Positions 11,439 through 23,727 are shown, counted from the first letter of the stretch. The stretch: 64,000 bases of DNA from Calditrichia bacterium (GCA_963777955.1 CAVZSQ010000015.1:256001-320000), one strand, 5' to 3'. Notes: a model not told the origin generated them from the sequence alone. Made by a program: numbers and translations.

Positions 11439-14289
11439 TTGAAAACTTTTCTTATGATAAAATCTGTAATACGATTTTACAGCATTCTATTGTTACTAAT
11501 CACAATCCCCGTGAATCTGGTCTTCGCTCAGGGTTATTACTTCGGCCGTAACAAGGTTCAATATACTAAATTCAACTGGCAAATTCTAAAAACCGAGCAT
11601 TTTGATATTTATTTTTATCCGGAGATGAAGGATATTGCCGAAAAAGGTGCCAAATTCGCTGAAGACAGTTATACGCTGCTGCAAACTAAATTCAATCACA
11701 CTATCACCCGCCGGGTACCCCTGATTTTCTACAGTTCGCACATGCACTTTCAGCAGACCAACATCACGCCGGGTTTTATTCCGGAAGGGGTCGGAGGATT
11801 TTTTGAATTCCTGAAAGGCCGGGTTGTCATTCCCAGTAACGGCAATCTTAACCAGTTCAAGAAAGTGATCACGCATGAACTGGTGCATGTTTTCATGCAT
11901 AGTAAAGTTGAGCGGGTATTAAAAAATAAAGGCCGGCTGAATACCGGGACTTATCCACCGCTCTGGTTCACCGAAGGTCTGGCTGAGTTCTGGTCATCGA
12001 CCTGGGATAGCCAGGCAGAGATGGTGATCAAAGATGCTGTGCTTTTTGATTATTTTGTGGGCCTGCAGAATATATGGAGCATCGAAGGTACCTTCATGAT
12101 GTATAAAGAAGGACAGCATATTCTCGGTTATATCGCTGCTCAATATGGCGAAGAAAAACTGCTATTATTATTGGAAAATCTCTGGAAGCACAAAACATTC
12201 CAGTCCTGTTTTCAGGAAACAATCGGTCTAAGTTATGCAGAGTTTGACGATCAATATCTCTATCAATTGAAGAAAAATTACTATCCGTTACTGCAGGATA
12301 ATGATCTCTCCAGTAAAATCTCTTCGACAATCGTCAGGGAGGGCTATAATTTTAAACCGGCTTTTTACGAACAGGATCATCAGCCCAGGGTAATTTTTAC
12401 AGCCAACCGTACGGGCTATTCCAGTATTTATAGTTGTGCACTGAAACCGCTGCGGATCAAAGAAAAAGAAAAAAGTAAAATACTGATCCGCGGGGAAAAA
12501 TCTTCTGATTTCGAAGCTTTCCATCTGTTCAGTTCAAAAATCGATGTTAATCGTAATGGCCTACTGGTTTTTGGTTCAAAAAGCGGTGAAAATGATGCGC
12601 TTTATTTATTCGATATCAAGACACAGAAAAATCAGTGCTAAATACCATTTTGAAAATCTGGTGGGAATCCTGTCCCCATCCTGGTCGGATGACGGGAAAA
12701 AAATTGTTTTTTCCGGATTGAATTTTTCCGGCAGAAACGACCTTTATGTTTTCGATACCGAAACCCGGGAGTTGCAGCAACTGACAGACGATTTTTATGA
12801 TGACATTGAACCGTCCTGGTCGCCTGACGGCCGCTTTATTGTATTCTCTTCCGATCGTACGGATATGGGCAAGCAATGGGCTTATAATATCTTTACGTTG
12901 AATATTTCTACCGGTGAACTCGCCTATGTGACATATGGCCGGCAAAAAGACCTTGCCCCGGTATTCTCGCCTGATGGCAAATACATCGCCTTCACTTCGG
13001 ATCGGGATTTAAGTATCAATATTTATCTGACGGAAGTCGATCAGCAATGTCGCCCCCGGGTCTACTATAAGATCACTCATTTTGCTAATGCTGCCTATGA
13101 TCCGGAATGGACTGCAGATGGCGGACTGTTATTTGGTGTATTTGAAGATCGTAAATTCCAGATCCGTTATCTGCCGGATGTTGTTCAGAAAAAAGATACG
13201 GTTGCCGCCTTGGCGGTAACCAATATAAATAAAAGCAGCCAGCCATGGTCTTTTGAGAACCTCTCGATTCATGAACAATTCGGTCAATTGAATTATAAAA
13301 AAGACTACGATCTGGACATTGTCCAGTCACAGGTATCGCAGGATCCCATATTCGGCACCAGCGGCGGAGCACAGATTGCTTTTACCGACCTGCTGGGAAA
13401 TGATCAATATCATATCCTGATTTACAATAACGCCCGCAGCAGTCAGGAATTTTTAAAAAGTTTTAATTTTGCCCTGACCAAAGTATCGATGGAAAGACGC
13501 ACCAATTATGCCCTGGGTATTTTCCGTTATGCCGGCCGGTATTTTAATTACGATGAGTCATTTTTTTATGAAGACCGCGTCGGTGCTTTTTTAGCCCTGA
13601 GTTACCCCTTGTCGCAATTTACGCGTTTCCAGTATTCGACCAGTTTTAGTTATCTGGATAAAGAACGTTACGGCGATACCCGGTTTTTTTCGTACCTGTT
13701 TTCCAATTTTTTCAGTTATGTCAAAGACAACTCCCTGTGGACTCATGTCGGACCCATCGATGGACAACGGTTTAATATCACCCTTGGCAATACATTCGAT
13801 ATGCGCTATTCCAATATCAGTTACTATACCATCATGGCTGATTATCGTCATTATTTCCGCCTCACTTTGCGCAGCGCTTATGCGGTTCGCCTCTTATATT
13901 TACGAAATGAAGGACGTGAAGCCCGCCGGTTCTATTTCGGCGGCAGCTGGGATATGCGCGGTTATCCCAATTGGTCCATACGCAGCGACCAGATCCTTTT
14001 CATGAGTCACGAACTGCGTTTCCCTTTTATTGACCGCCTGGGCATAGGTTTACCTTTTGGCACTCTTGGTTTCAATTCCATCCGCAGTACCCTGTTTTTT
14101 GATGCCTGTTCGCTGGGCCCGCTCGATGTCGATAACCTCGATCGAACAGCCCTGGGCAGTTTCGGCATCGGTTTCCGGATTACCCCCTTTCCCTATTTTG
14201 TACTGCGTCTGGATGTCGGTAAAACAACTGATTTCTCGCGGGTAAGTAACGGCATTTTCACTCAATTCTTTTTCGGCTGGGATTTTTAG
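11439..14289 (+). CDS. Omp85-family protein with gluzincin (HExxH) domain, PD40 propeller and BamA-like barrel (frameshift at A-run 12627-12631)
   Basis: HELVH...WFTEGLAE; PSWSPDG/PVFSPDG repeats; GGSWDMRGY and C-terminal GWDF. One extra A joins the two ORFs. Confidence 0.8.
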
Positions 14290-14290
14290 C

Positions 14291-15456
14291 ATGCGATCAA
14301 GATCTGTTCTGTTTATTTCAGCACTTATGCTGATTACCATTGGCTGTAACCGGTTGAGAATTGCCGGCTATCCTCAGGAGCCTGAACCGGTTAATCAAAG
14401 TTTTCTGACCGCCCAGGTCAATTATCAGCGTAATGCAATTACCGACCGGGAATTAGCACCGCCTCTGGCCCAATCCTGGGAGCAAGAGTACCTGTTCTTC
14501 CCCGAAAACGGATTGACCACTGCTGAAAAAACATTTTTTTTCGGGACCGGTAATGGATTCCTGGTTGCTGCCAACGTCGAGAATGGAAAACTGTTGGGGA
14601 AAAAACACCTGGGTAAAGCCTGTATGTCACCCCCTACTGTATATGCCGGGATATTATACCAAACCTTTGTAGAAGGAAAAGCAGGATTGGTGGCTTATGA
14701 TCTGCACAAAGGGATACATTCTATGGAGGATTCCTAAAAATTCTTCAAAATCTTCCGTGGTGGCCAGGGATAGAAAAGTATTCTTTCTGAATACGGCCGG
14801 TCAGCTGCAATGCCGCAATTTTCTGACCGGGGATTTAATCTGGTTTAAGCAAATTGATACTCAGGCTGTAAATTCACCGGCGCTTCATGAAAATATGCTG
14901 ATTACAGCCGGTTTGAACGGGAAAATCAGTGCTCTGGAATACACCTCGGGTGTGGTGATCTGGGAAACAAATATCAGCTGACGCAATCCTGGCCGATCCG
15001 CTGATCCATGACGGCCGTATTTATCTGGTGACCTACCGGGGCGACTTACATATTCTGGATCAGAAGAATGGGGCTACTCTCCATTCTATGTCTTTTTCTA
15101 CCCCTTTCTATTGTACAGCGGTGGTCGATCAAACCACAATTTTTTTACCGCTAAGTAATGGAAAATTACTGGCGGTCGACAACCAGTCTCTGGCTGTTAA
15201 TTGGGAATTCCAGGCTGATGGTCCCTGGGCGGCTGCTCCGCTGGTCACGCTGAATTATATATATGCTGCCAATCTCGATGAAAAATTGTACATTCTGGAC
15301 AAAAGATCAGGCAGTCTGTTACAGGAGATACAATTAAGCGGCCGGGCCCGCTCTACTCCGGTTATAGTTGACAATAAACTAATTCTTACCTGTGAAAACA
15401 CAAAGGTGGTTGCGTATGCTCAGGAGCATTATGGTCAGGAGCATAAAGATAATTAA
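14291..15456 (+). CDS. BamB-like PQQ beta-propeller lipoprotein (frameshifts near 14710 and 14979)
   Basis: Lipobox ITIGC; repeated propeller motifs (G.L.A.D...G...W) across three consecutive ORFs. Confidence 0.75.
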
Positions 15457-16205
15457 AGGACTGCTGCTTGTTTTTTTTATGCTGCAGCCTGTATACTCCC
15501 CTGCTGCTGTCGGCTATCTGACGGTGCGGATTGAACCGGGCACCCTGACCGTGCTGGATTCACAATTGGTCGCCAAGCAATCCTTCGAAAACCTGGCACT
15601 AGGCGCTGGTACTTACCTGCTTCATGTCTATGATCCGTGCGACTATAATTGGCAGGATCGGGGCTTCAGCGAGCAGATTACTGTCCAGGAAGCAGAAACA
15701 TTGTATTTCGATCTGCGCCTGACGAATAAACTCAGGGTGATCAGTAACCCGGCAAATGGACTGGTTTATATCGATAGTTTGTTTATAGGAAAAACACCGC
15801 TGATTCTTTTAAATTCTGATCTGGATGGTAAACAAATTACGGTCAGTAAAGCAGGATATCAGAACTTCTCATTCATCAAGACGGCAGCTGAAAATAATTA
15901 TTCTCTCCTGCTGAAGCCGGTCAGGACCATCCCCGGCTCCGCTGGTCGTGCAAAACCAGAATACTAATAAACTGAACTGGCTGGATGAAGGTCTGATTAT
16001 CACCTCACTGGCCGGCAGCTGGCTGTCATTCCTGTTTAAAAGGACAGCCGATACTTCTTATGATAAATATTTACATTCCGCCAGGCCCGCTGATATTAAG
16101 AAATACTATGATCGTTCCGTTCGATATGATCGTTATGCTGAAATTTCATTCACCGTGTCTGTACTGTCCCTGGGCAGTTATTTCTATCTGCTGCTTAGTA
16201 AGTAG
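15392..16205 (+). CDS. PEGA-domain membrane protein (frameshift near 15933)
   Basis: ISNPANGLVYIDSLFIGKTPL and SKAGYQ PEGA motifs; C-terminal hydrophobic helices in the next frame. Confidence 0.7.
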
Positions 16206-17172
16206 CGAGCTCATCAACGATTTGTTGTATATCGTCAGGTAAACTGCTTTCAAAGCTGATCCGTTCCTGCAGTCTTGGATGTATAAATGACAGCTGGCGT
16301 GCGTGCAGGGCCTGTCGATTTATTTTTTTCAGCAGCCGGGCCGCGAGGTCCCTGGCCGGAGCCGGCAAGCGGGATAACTGTCCCAGGCGCCCGTTGTATT
16401 CGGGATCGCCGAATACGGGATGGTGAATATGATCCAGATGAACACGTATTTGATGGGTGCGGCCGGTCTTTAGGGTCAATTCCACGAACGAAAAATAGGT
16501 GAATGATTTTAACACCCGGTACAGGGTTAGCGCCCAGCGGCCACGATTTTTTACAACAGTCATTTTCTGACGGTTCTTTTTGCTGCGATCAATGAATGAT
16601 TCGATTTTACCTTCTGCTGCTGAAAAATCTCCCCAGACCACAGCCTGATAGGTCCGGACGATATCGCGCGACTCGAATTGCCGGCTTAAACTCAAATGAG
16701 CCTGGTCTGTTTTTGCCACCACCAGTAAACCCGAAGTATTTTTATCCAGACGATGGACAATGCCGGGTCGCAATGCACCATTCACTGTGGATAAGGTCTG
16801 GCAGTGGTACAATAATCCGTTTACCAGTGTGCCGTTGCGGTTGCCGGCTCCGGGATGAACTACTAATCCGGCGGGTTTATTCAAAACCAGCAGGTCACCA
16901 TCTTCATATACAATATCCAGGGGCATTTTTTCGGCCACTACCGTGTCGGACATAGCGGGCAGATTAAACCGGATCAGGATCTGATCGCCGCTTTTCAACA
17001 TGTAACCGGTTTTGACACTTTTATTATTGACCAGAATCAGTTGGTTTGTAATGAGATTTTGGAAATGTGAACGGGTAATATCAGGATAGGTCAGGTGTAG
17101 AAATTTATCCAGTCTCTCCCCAATTGCCGGATGACCGGATGTAACGAGTATATTTTCCTGTTCAGTGTTCAG
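16195..17172 (-). CDS. rluD: RluA/RluD-family pseudouridine synthase
   Basis: VHRLDKNTSG and TGRTHQIRVH. The frame extends upstream of the ORF call through an S4 domain (ERLDKFL..TRSHFQNLI) to a CTG at 17172 with AGGAG 8 nt upstream. Confidence 0.9.
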   Translation of the reverse strand: MNTEQENILVTSGHPAIGERLDKFLHLTYPDITRSHFQNLITNQLILVNNKSVKTGYMLKSGDQILIRFNLPAMSDTVVAEKMPLDIVYEDGDLLVLNKPAGLVVHPGAGNRNGTLVNGLLYHCQTLSTVNGALRPGIVHRLDKNTSGLLVVAKTDQAHLSLSRQFESRDIVRTYQAVVWGDFSAAEGKIESFIDRSKKNRQKMTVVKNRGRWALTLYRVLKSFTYFSFVELTLKTGRTHQIRVHLDHIHHPVFGDPEYNGRLGQLSRLPAPARDLAARLLKKINRQALHARQLSFIHPRLQERISFESSLPDDIQQIVDELATY

Positions 17173-17736
17173 GTGGTCAACTCCTGGCCGACCGGATCTT
17201 TTTGAAAAATTAATAACAGTGTCAGCAGGATTAATCCACAGGTAACAGCCGAATCGGCCACATTAAAAATCGGCCAGCGGGTAAGTGCATATCCCGGAAA
17301 GTGCAGAAACCATATATTAAATTGCGGTACAGTTATATCAAAGAATTCGACATCGATGAAATCCACTACCCTGCCGTAGATCAAACGATCGATCAAATTT
17401 CCCACGGCGCCTCCCAGAATCAAAGCCAGTGACAACCGGAAAAAAAAACGACCATGAGTAAGCCTGATGAGATAAACGGATACAATCAGGGTGGCCAGTA
17501 CCGACAGTAATGTGAATATCAATCTGTTTTGTATCTGGATGCCGAAGGCCATGCCGGCATTTTCGATAAAAGTCAAACGTAAAAAATTTCCTATAACCGG
17601 TATGGAATCATAAAGGGTCATAGAGTTCTTAACGATCAGCTTGGTGACCTGATCCAATAAAACAATTAAACCGGCCAGACTGTATATGAGTATTGATTTC
17701 TTATCAAAATAATTTGTTTTGAAGGGAAAAATGCAT
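17169..17736 (-). CDS. lspA: Signal peptidase II (probable homopolymer frameshift near 17727)
   Basis: DQVTK, NAGMAFG, GAVGNLIDR, VVDFI and FNVADS motifs. The 5' end is inferred. Confidence 0.92.
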
Positions 17737-17740
17737 ACGG

Positions 17741-18111
17741 TTATTTGGCTTCCTTTGATTTGCAGTCAAAGCAGATGGTAGTGGTCGGTACCGCTTCCAG
17801 TCTTTCTTTACTTATTTCTTTCTGACAGGAACGGCAGACACCAAAACTCCCGCCTCGGAAATTCGTTGATAAGCGGCTTCAATCTGTTTCAGGTATTTTT
17901 CATCCCGGGAGGCGAATAAAAAAGCTTTTTCCCGTTCCATGGCATCGGTGCCCTGATCGGCCATGTGAAATGAATATGCCGAGTGATCTCCGGAAGCCTC
18001 CTGGGTCGTAGAATTCATCACTACATCCTTGAGATACTGGATATTCTTCAGCAGTTCCTGCTCTTTCTTCTGCAGAAGATCCTTAAAATACTGGAGATCC
18101 TGTTCCGTCAT
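17741..18111 (-). CDS. TraR/DksA C4 zinc-finger protein (frameshift near 17852)
   Basis: HMADQGTDAMERE; the shifted frame reads FGVCRSCQKEISKERLEAVPTTTICFDC*. Confidence 0.88.
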
Positions 18112-18141
18112 CTATATTCCTCCTGGCTATTTGCCGGCAGC

Positions 18142-21100
18142 CTATTTGCCGGCGGCCTTTCTTATACCGAGAGTAAACGTTTCAGTACCAATTGATATTT
18201 CCTTAGCTATCAGTCCGTCCACTCTTTTCTTTAAAACAGTGCGGGTCAAAGTTTCACTTTTAATATAATCAGTTTTAGAATTTACCGCACGCAGAACGGA
18301 TTCTGCTGTGGTATCAATGAGAATATCAATCCGGTCGGTTACGGCCAATCCTGATTCTTTGCGCAGATTCTGGATGCGATTGATCAACTCGCGGGCGATT
18401 CCTTCATTGATCAGTTCCGCGGTCAATTCCAGGTCGATGGCTACCGTAATTTCGCCATCCGTATATGCTGCCAGTCCCGGCTGAGGTTGTGTATGGATTT
18501 CGACATCGCTCAACTGGATTTTCATTTCCTGTCCTTCGATCACCACGCGTTCATGTCCGTTTATTTCAAAATTTTTTATCTGATCTGCCGTCAAAGCCTG
18601 CAATACCGGTGCCACCTTGCCGATCATTTTTCCCAGTTTGGGACCTAATAATTTAAAATTGGGTTTGACGCTTTTCAAAACCAGTGCTTCGGCTGAATTG
18701 AACAATTCCATGCCCTTTACGTTCAGTTCGTCACATATGATATTTTGCATTTTTTCCAGGGCGGCGCGTTCAGTCTGATTTTTTGTATAGATCAGAACGC
18801 GTTTTAAAGGTTGACGTACGCGGATATTTTTGTCATTGCGCAAAGCCAGGGCGAATGACACTATCTTCTGTGCCGAGGCCATTCTTCCTTCGAGTTCCGG
18901 ATTACAATGTTTCTGCTGATCCGCGGAGAGTGCAGGATAATCACATAAATGTACACTTTCCCGGTCCGCTTTCCTTTTCAGATTGGTAAAAATATCATCG
19001 GCCAGAAAGGGTATGTAGGGTGCGACTAATTGAGCAGTGGTCAGTAAAATTTCATGCAAGGTCTGGTAGGCTGCTATTTTATCTTTTGAATCACCGCTTT
19101 TCCAGTAACGGCGGCGGTTCCTGCGGATATACCAGTTTGATACGTCGTCGATTATGTAATCGCTGATCAATCTGGCTGCCCGGGTCAGATCATACTCGGC
19201 CATTAACTGATTGCACTGGTTAACCACGGTATAAAGCCGGGAAAGTATCCACTGATCTATTTCCGGTCTCTGCTCGAGGGGTAGATTCGGTTCTTCACCC
19301 TGGTAGCCATCGATATTGGCATAAAGTACAAAGAAGGAGTAGGTATTGATCAGGGTGTTGACAAATTTGCGCAGGACTTCCTTAATACCCTCTTCATCAA
19401 ATCTTTTCGGGGTCCAGGGCGGACTGACGGTCATCAGGTACCAGCGCAGCGTATCGGCACCGTATTTGGATATAATGTCTTCGGGAACAACCACGTTACC
19501 TTTGGACTTGGACATTTTTTGTCCTTCTTTGTCCAGAATCAATTCATTCACCACGATATTCTTAAAGGCCGGTTCATCGAAAAGCAGGGTTGAGATGGCC
19601 AGCAACGAATAGAACCAACCGCGGGTCTGATCGATGCCCTCGCAGATGAAATCGGCCGGAAAATTCTTTTTAAACTTTTCTTCGTTCTCAAAGGGATAAT
19701 GAAACTGCGCATACGGCATACTGCCGGAATCAAACCAGCAATCGATTACCTCAGGCACCCGCTGCATGGTGTGACCACATTTTTCACAGATCAGGGTGAT
19801 GGCATCAACCGCCGGTTTATGCAAATCCAGCGGCTGCGGAATATGACTGCCCCTTTTCTTTAATTCAGCGATACTGCCGATAGCATGCGTAGCAGCACAA
19901 TTTTCACAAACCCATATATTCAGCGGGGTGCCCCAGTACCGGTCACGCGACAGCGACCAATCGATATTATTTTTTAACCATTCCCCAAAGCGGCCGCTGC
20001 CGACTTCGGGCGGATACCATTTGATTTTATCGTTATTTTTGATCAAATCGTCTTTATGCCGGGAAGTGCGGATGAACCAGCATTCCCGGGCATAGTACAG
20101 CAGCGGAGTCTGACAGCGCCAGCAATGCGGATAACTGTGCTCAATTTTTACCTTCTTGATCAATTTGCCCTGCTGCTTTAAGTCAGCGATGATCTGTTCA
20201 TCGGCATCTTTAACGAACTGGCCACGGTACGGTGTTACCGATTCTTCAAACCTGCCGCTGGCATTGACCGGACGCAGCAGCGGCAGATCGTATTTCTGGC
20301 CGGCCTGGTAATCATCTTCACCGAACGCCGGGGCAATATGGACAATGCCGGTGCCATCGGCCGTGGTGACGAAATCACCGCTGATGACATAAAATGCTTT
20401 TTTATCAACAGGTACAAAATCGAATAAACGCTCGTATTCTGAATTTTCCAGGTCAGATCCAGGTATACTGCGTTTAATTTTATAAGTACCTTCCTGGAAC
20501 AGATCTCCGACCCGCTCCCGGGCCATAATATAGGTGGCATCCTCATTTTCTATTTCGACGTATTCCACCTTTGGATTTACAGCCAGGGCTACATTGGAGA
20601 TCAGGGTCCAGGGCGTGGTGGTCCAGACCAGGAAGTAGGTATTATCCGAGTTTTTCCTTTTCAGGCGCACATAGATCGACGGATCCCTGACATCTTTATA
20701 ACCCTGTGATACTTCATGGCTGGAGATGGGTGTTTCGCAGCGCGGACAGTAAGGCAGTATTTTGAAACCCTGGTACAACAGGTCCTTTTTCCAGATTTCC
20801 TTTAAGCTCCACCAGACACTTTCGATATATTCATTGGTGAAGGTGATGTACGGATTTTCCAGGTCCAGCCAGTAACCGATCCGTTCAGTCAGACAATCCC
20901 ATTCTTTTTTATAATGGAACACACTTTCTTTGCACTTGGCATTAAAGGCAGCCACGCCCAGTTTTTCAATACCGTCTTTGCCTTTGATCTTTAATTCTTT
21001 TTCAACTTCGATCTCGACGGGTAATCCATGGGTATCCCAGCCGGCTTTTCGTTCGACCAGAAATCCTTTCATGGTCTTATAACGGCAGACCACATCTTTT

Positions 21101-21291
21101 ACTGTTCTGGACATGACATGATGAATTCCCGGCCGGCCATTTGCGGTAGGCGGACCTTCGTAAAATACGTAGGCCGGCGCTGCAGATCTGGCCGTCAAAC
21201 TCTGCTGAAAAACCTTCCGCTCCTGCCAGAATTTGAGGATTTTTTCCTCACGATCAGCGATATTTAACTCAGTCGACACTTCTCGGAACAT
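18142..21291 (-). CDS. ileS: Isoleucyl-tRNA synthetase (long IleRS2 type)
   Basis: EGPPTANGRPGIHH, WTTTPWTL, EGIDQTRGWF and KMSKS motifs. Confidence 0.97.
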   Translation of the reverse strand: MFREVSTELNIADREEKILKFWQERKVFQQSLTARSAAPAYVFYEGPPTANGRPGIHHVMSRTVKDVVCRYKTMKGFLVERKAGWDTHGLPVEIEVEKELKIKGKDGIEKLGVAAFNAKCKESVFHYKKEWDCLTERIGYWLDLENPYITFTNEYIESVWWSLKEIWKKDLLYQGFKILPYCPRCETPISSHEVSQGYKDVRDPSIYVRLKRKNSDNTYFLVWTTTPWTLISNVALAVNPKVEYVEIENEDATYIMARERVGDLFQEGTYKIKRSIPGSDLENSEYERLFDFVPVDKKAFYVISGDFVTTADGTGIVHIAPAFGEDDYQAGQKYDLPLLRPVNASGRFEESVTPYRGQFVKDADEQIIADLKQQGKLIKKVKIEHSYPHCWRCQTPLLYYARECWFIRTSRHKDDLIKNNDKIKWYPPEVGSGRFGEWLKNNIDWSLSRDRYWGTPLNIWVCENCAATHAIGSIAELKKRGSHIPQPLDLHKPAVDAITLICEKCGHTMQRVPEVIDCWFDSGSMPYAQFHYPFENEEKFKKNFPADFICEGIDQTRGWFYSLLAISTLLFDEPAFKNIVVNELILDKEGQKMSKSKGNVVVPEDIISKYGADTLRWYLMTVSPPWTPKRFDEEGIKEVLRKFVNTLINTYSFFVLYANIDGYQGEEPNLPLEQRPEIDQWILSRLYTVVNQCNQLMAEYDLTRAARLISDYIIDDVSNWYIRRNRRRYWKSGDSKDKIAAYQTLHEILLTTAQLVAPYIPFLADDIFTNLKRKADRESVHLCDYPALSADQQKHCNPELEGRMASAQKIVSFALALRNDKNIRVRQPLKRVLIYTKNQTERAALEKMQNIICDELNVKGMELFNSAEALVLKSVKPNFKLLGPKLGKMIGKVAPVLQALTADQIKNFEINGHERVVIEGQEMKIQLSDVEIHTQPQPGLAAYTDGEITVAIDLELTAELINEGIARELINRIQNLRKESGLAVTDRIDILIDTTAESVLRAVNSKTDYIKSETLTRTVLKKRVDGLIAKEISIGTETFTLGIRKAAGK

Positions 21292-21319
21292 TCAGTACTC
21301 CGGCATTCCTTCTTTTGAT

Positions 21320-22144
21320 TTATAATGATTCAACCACTTGCCGCATCAACAGGGTCAATTTTGGTTCGGCCTGACTGGCGGTTTCAATGATTTCGGCAAG
21401 CGTAACCGGTTTCAGAGTCTCGATGAAACATTCATCGGTAATAACTGAAATACCCATAACCTGCAGTCCTGAATGCACGGCGGCAATGGTTTCAGGCACG
21501 GTAGACATTCCCACGGCATCGGCACCGATTATGCGCAGATAACGGTACTCGGCACGGGTTTCCAGATTAGGGCCGCTGACGGCGACAAATACACCCCGGT
21601 GAATCTTTATTTTATTTTTTCGTGCAATTTTTTCTACCAACCCGATCAATTTGCCGGAATATGGTTCAGACATATCCGGAAAGCGCGGGCCGAATTCATC
21701 GAGATTGGGACCAATCAGAGGATTAGTGCCCAGCAAATTAATATGATCCTCGATTACCATCAGATCACCGCGCCGGAACTTTGGATTCATGCCACCGCTG
21801 GCATTGGAAATAAGCAGCGTATGAATACCGAGTTGTTTCATTACCCGCACCGGAAAAGTAATTTGCTGCATGGAATAGCCTTCATAGTAATGAAATCTTC
21901 CCTGCATCGCTATGACAGGCCTGCGTCCCAAAAAACCAGAAATCAATTTACCGGCATGGGCTTCCACAGTGGAAACCGGGAAATCAGGTATATCCTGATA
22001 GGAAAGGGTGCTTTTTACATCAATTTCCTTTACCAGACCTCCGAGTCCGGTGCCCAGAATAATCCCGATTTCGGGTTGCACTCCGATTTTATCTTTAAGA
22101 AATCCGGTCGTTTCATTAATCTGTTTCAAATATCCCGTTATCAT
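21320..22144 (-). CDS. punA: Purine-nucleoside phosphorylase (trimeric type)
   Basis: [25 protein letters not shown] and VGMSTVPE motifs. Confidence 0.93.
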   Translation of the reverse strand: MITGYLKQINETTGFLKDKIGVQPEIGIILGTGLGGLVKEIDVKSTLSYQDIPDFPVSTVEAHAGKLISGFLGRRPVIAMQGRFHYYEGYSMQQITFPVRVMKQLGIHTLLISNASGGMNPKFRRGDLMVIEDHINLLGTNPLIGPNLDEFGPRFPDMSEPYSGKLIGLVEKIARKNKIKIHRGVFVAVSGPNLETRAEYRYLRIIGADAVGMSTVPETIAAVHSGLQVMGISVITDECFIETLKPVTLAEIIETASQAEPKLTLLMRQVVESL

Positions 22145-22160
22145 CTGATTTGCTAATTGC

Positions 22161-22797
22161 TTAATTCTTTTTCTGATCCAGTTCTTTCATCATTTGTTCT
22201 TTGCGTTTTTTCTCCTCGTCCAGCAGTTTTTGTTCTTTTAATAACTGCTCACGCAATTCTTCATGAGCGGTAGCCAACCTGTCCTGGCGGATCTTTTCGA
22301 TAGCATCATCCCGGTCATTGCGGCTGCCGATAAGTCCCAGGGTAATGCCGCCCGCTGCACCCAGAGCCGCCATCGAATAACCAATCGGCACATCACTCTG
22401 TGAGGCGATGATTACGCCCACTCCGAAGCCTACAGCAGCACCCAGAGCCACCCCGGCAAAACTGTAACCGACTGTCTTCCCGGCCCCTTTAGCTTGTTTA
22501 ATCTGCTGTTCGGTAATGACATTTCCTTCCAAATCATATTCCCGGGCAGAATACTGCAAGGAGCTCGATTTTTCTAACCAGTACAGATTCCAGAGAATGT
22601 GTGGTTGCATCAACGTATTTTAAAAGCGAGTCCTCCTTCGCGATGAGAACTCCTTCAAGTTCTTTTCCATCCTTTAACTTTATCTGTACGGACTCACCTA
22701 ACTCCGGTTTTTCCAGATTGATCGACCGGCTTCCGCTGCAATAAATCTGTAAGGTGGCAAAAAAGAACAGGAAAACACATATGCTTGTTCTGGTCAT
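22161..22797 (-). CDS. Hypothetical lipoprotein with Sm-like N-terminus and glycine-zipper segment (frameshift near 22563)
   Basis: GAGGAG RBS, signal peptide with Cys, [13 protein letters not shown]; second frame has Gly/Ala-rich helices. Confidence 0.5.
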
Positions 22798-22807
22798 ATT
22801 GTACTCC

Positions 22808-23500
22808 TCAAGATTTTTCATCGCTGGCATTTAGATCTTCACCTAAAAGGTCCTTTAATAAATCCGATTGTCTTTTGGCTGATGGACTGCTTATACTCTC
22901 TTCCGGGCCGGCCGCCGCAGGTCTGCTCTGTTCCACTTTCACTGTTACTTTTCCGCTTTCGGGACCTGCTTCAACCGGTTTAACGGAGCTCTGATCTTTC
23001 TGCGGGTTAAATACTTTTTTACTGCGGTCCCGCAATTTGCTCATATCCAGATCATCTACCTCTAAAACGTCCATCAACTCCAACTGGGAATTCAGTACAT
23101 GCCGTAAACGGGCAATCAGGGATTGTTTCTGCGTCCGCAAGGTGCTGATCTCCTCCTGCAGTGATTGCTTCTCCCGTTTGGCGCTTTCCAGCAGCTTGGC
23201 TGCGTTTAATTCAGATTCGCGCAGGATCAGCTCTGCTTCTTTTTTGGAATTTTCCCTGGATTTGGAGGAGGTTTCCTGAACATTCATTAATGTCTGTTTT
23301 AAGGTCTTTTCAACCTCTTTGTAATTTTTTAATTCTGTTGCCAGTTCAATTAATTTCCGATCCTGTTCCTTATTCGTACTTAGTATTTTTTCCAGTTCAC
23401 TCCCGATCATTTCCAGATACGATTGCACCTCAACCGGATCATAACCCCGCATCGATTTTTTAAATTCTTGCTTGCTGATATCTAAAGGGGTCAGTTTCAC
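22808..23500 (-). CDS. DivIVA-domain protein
   Basis: KLTPLDISKQEFKKSMRGYDPVEV followed by a coiled coil; GTG start after GGAGGA. Confidence 0.9.
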   Translation of the reverse strand: MKLTPLDISKQEFKKSMRGYDPVEVQSYLEMIGSELEKILSTNKEQDRKLIELATELKNYKEVEKTLKQTLMNVQETSSKSRENSKKEAELILRESELNAAKLLESAKREKQSLQEEISTLRTQKQSLIARLRHVLNSQLELMDVLEVDDLDMSKLRDRSKKVFNPQKDQSSVKPVEAGPESGKVTVKVEQSRPAAAGPEESISSPSAKRQSDLLKDLLGEDLNASDEKS

Positions 23501-23682
23501 AATTCCTCCGCTTAAAAGGCAGGACTTGGTCAATCCTGCTGCCGTTATTTGGGGAAATCAACTAAATTGCTTAAATAAAAATTGCACTTTTTAGTGCATT
23601 TCTAATTGCATTACAGATACTTAATTTACTATATAATCCCTATAAAAGCAATAAAGCCGGACGCCGCTATTCGGTCAATACA

Positions 23683-23717
23683 ACCACCTCCGAGGTTGTC
23701 CGAACCTCGGAGGTGGT
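23683..23717. repeat. Perfect 15-bp inverted repeat (REP-like hairpin or terminator)
   Basis: ACCACCTCCGAGGTT-GTCCG-AACCTCGGAGGTGGT, 10 bp past the DUF3467 stop. Confidence 0.8.
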
Positions 23718-23727
23718 CAACAAACCA

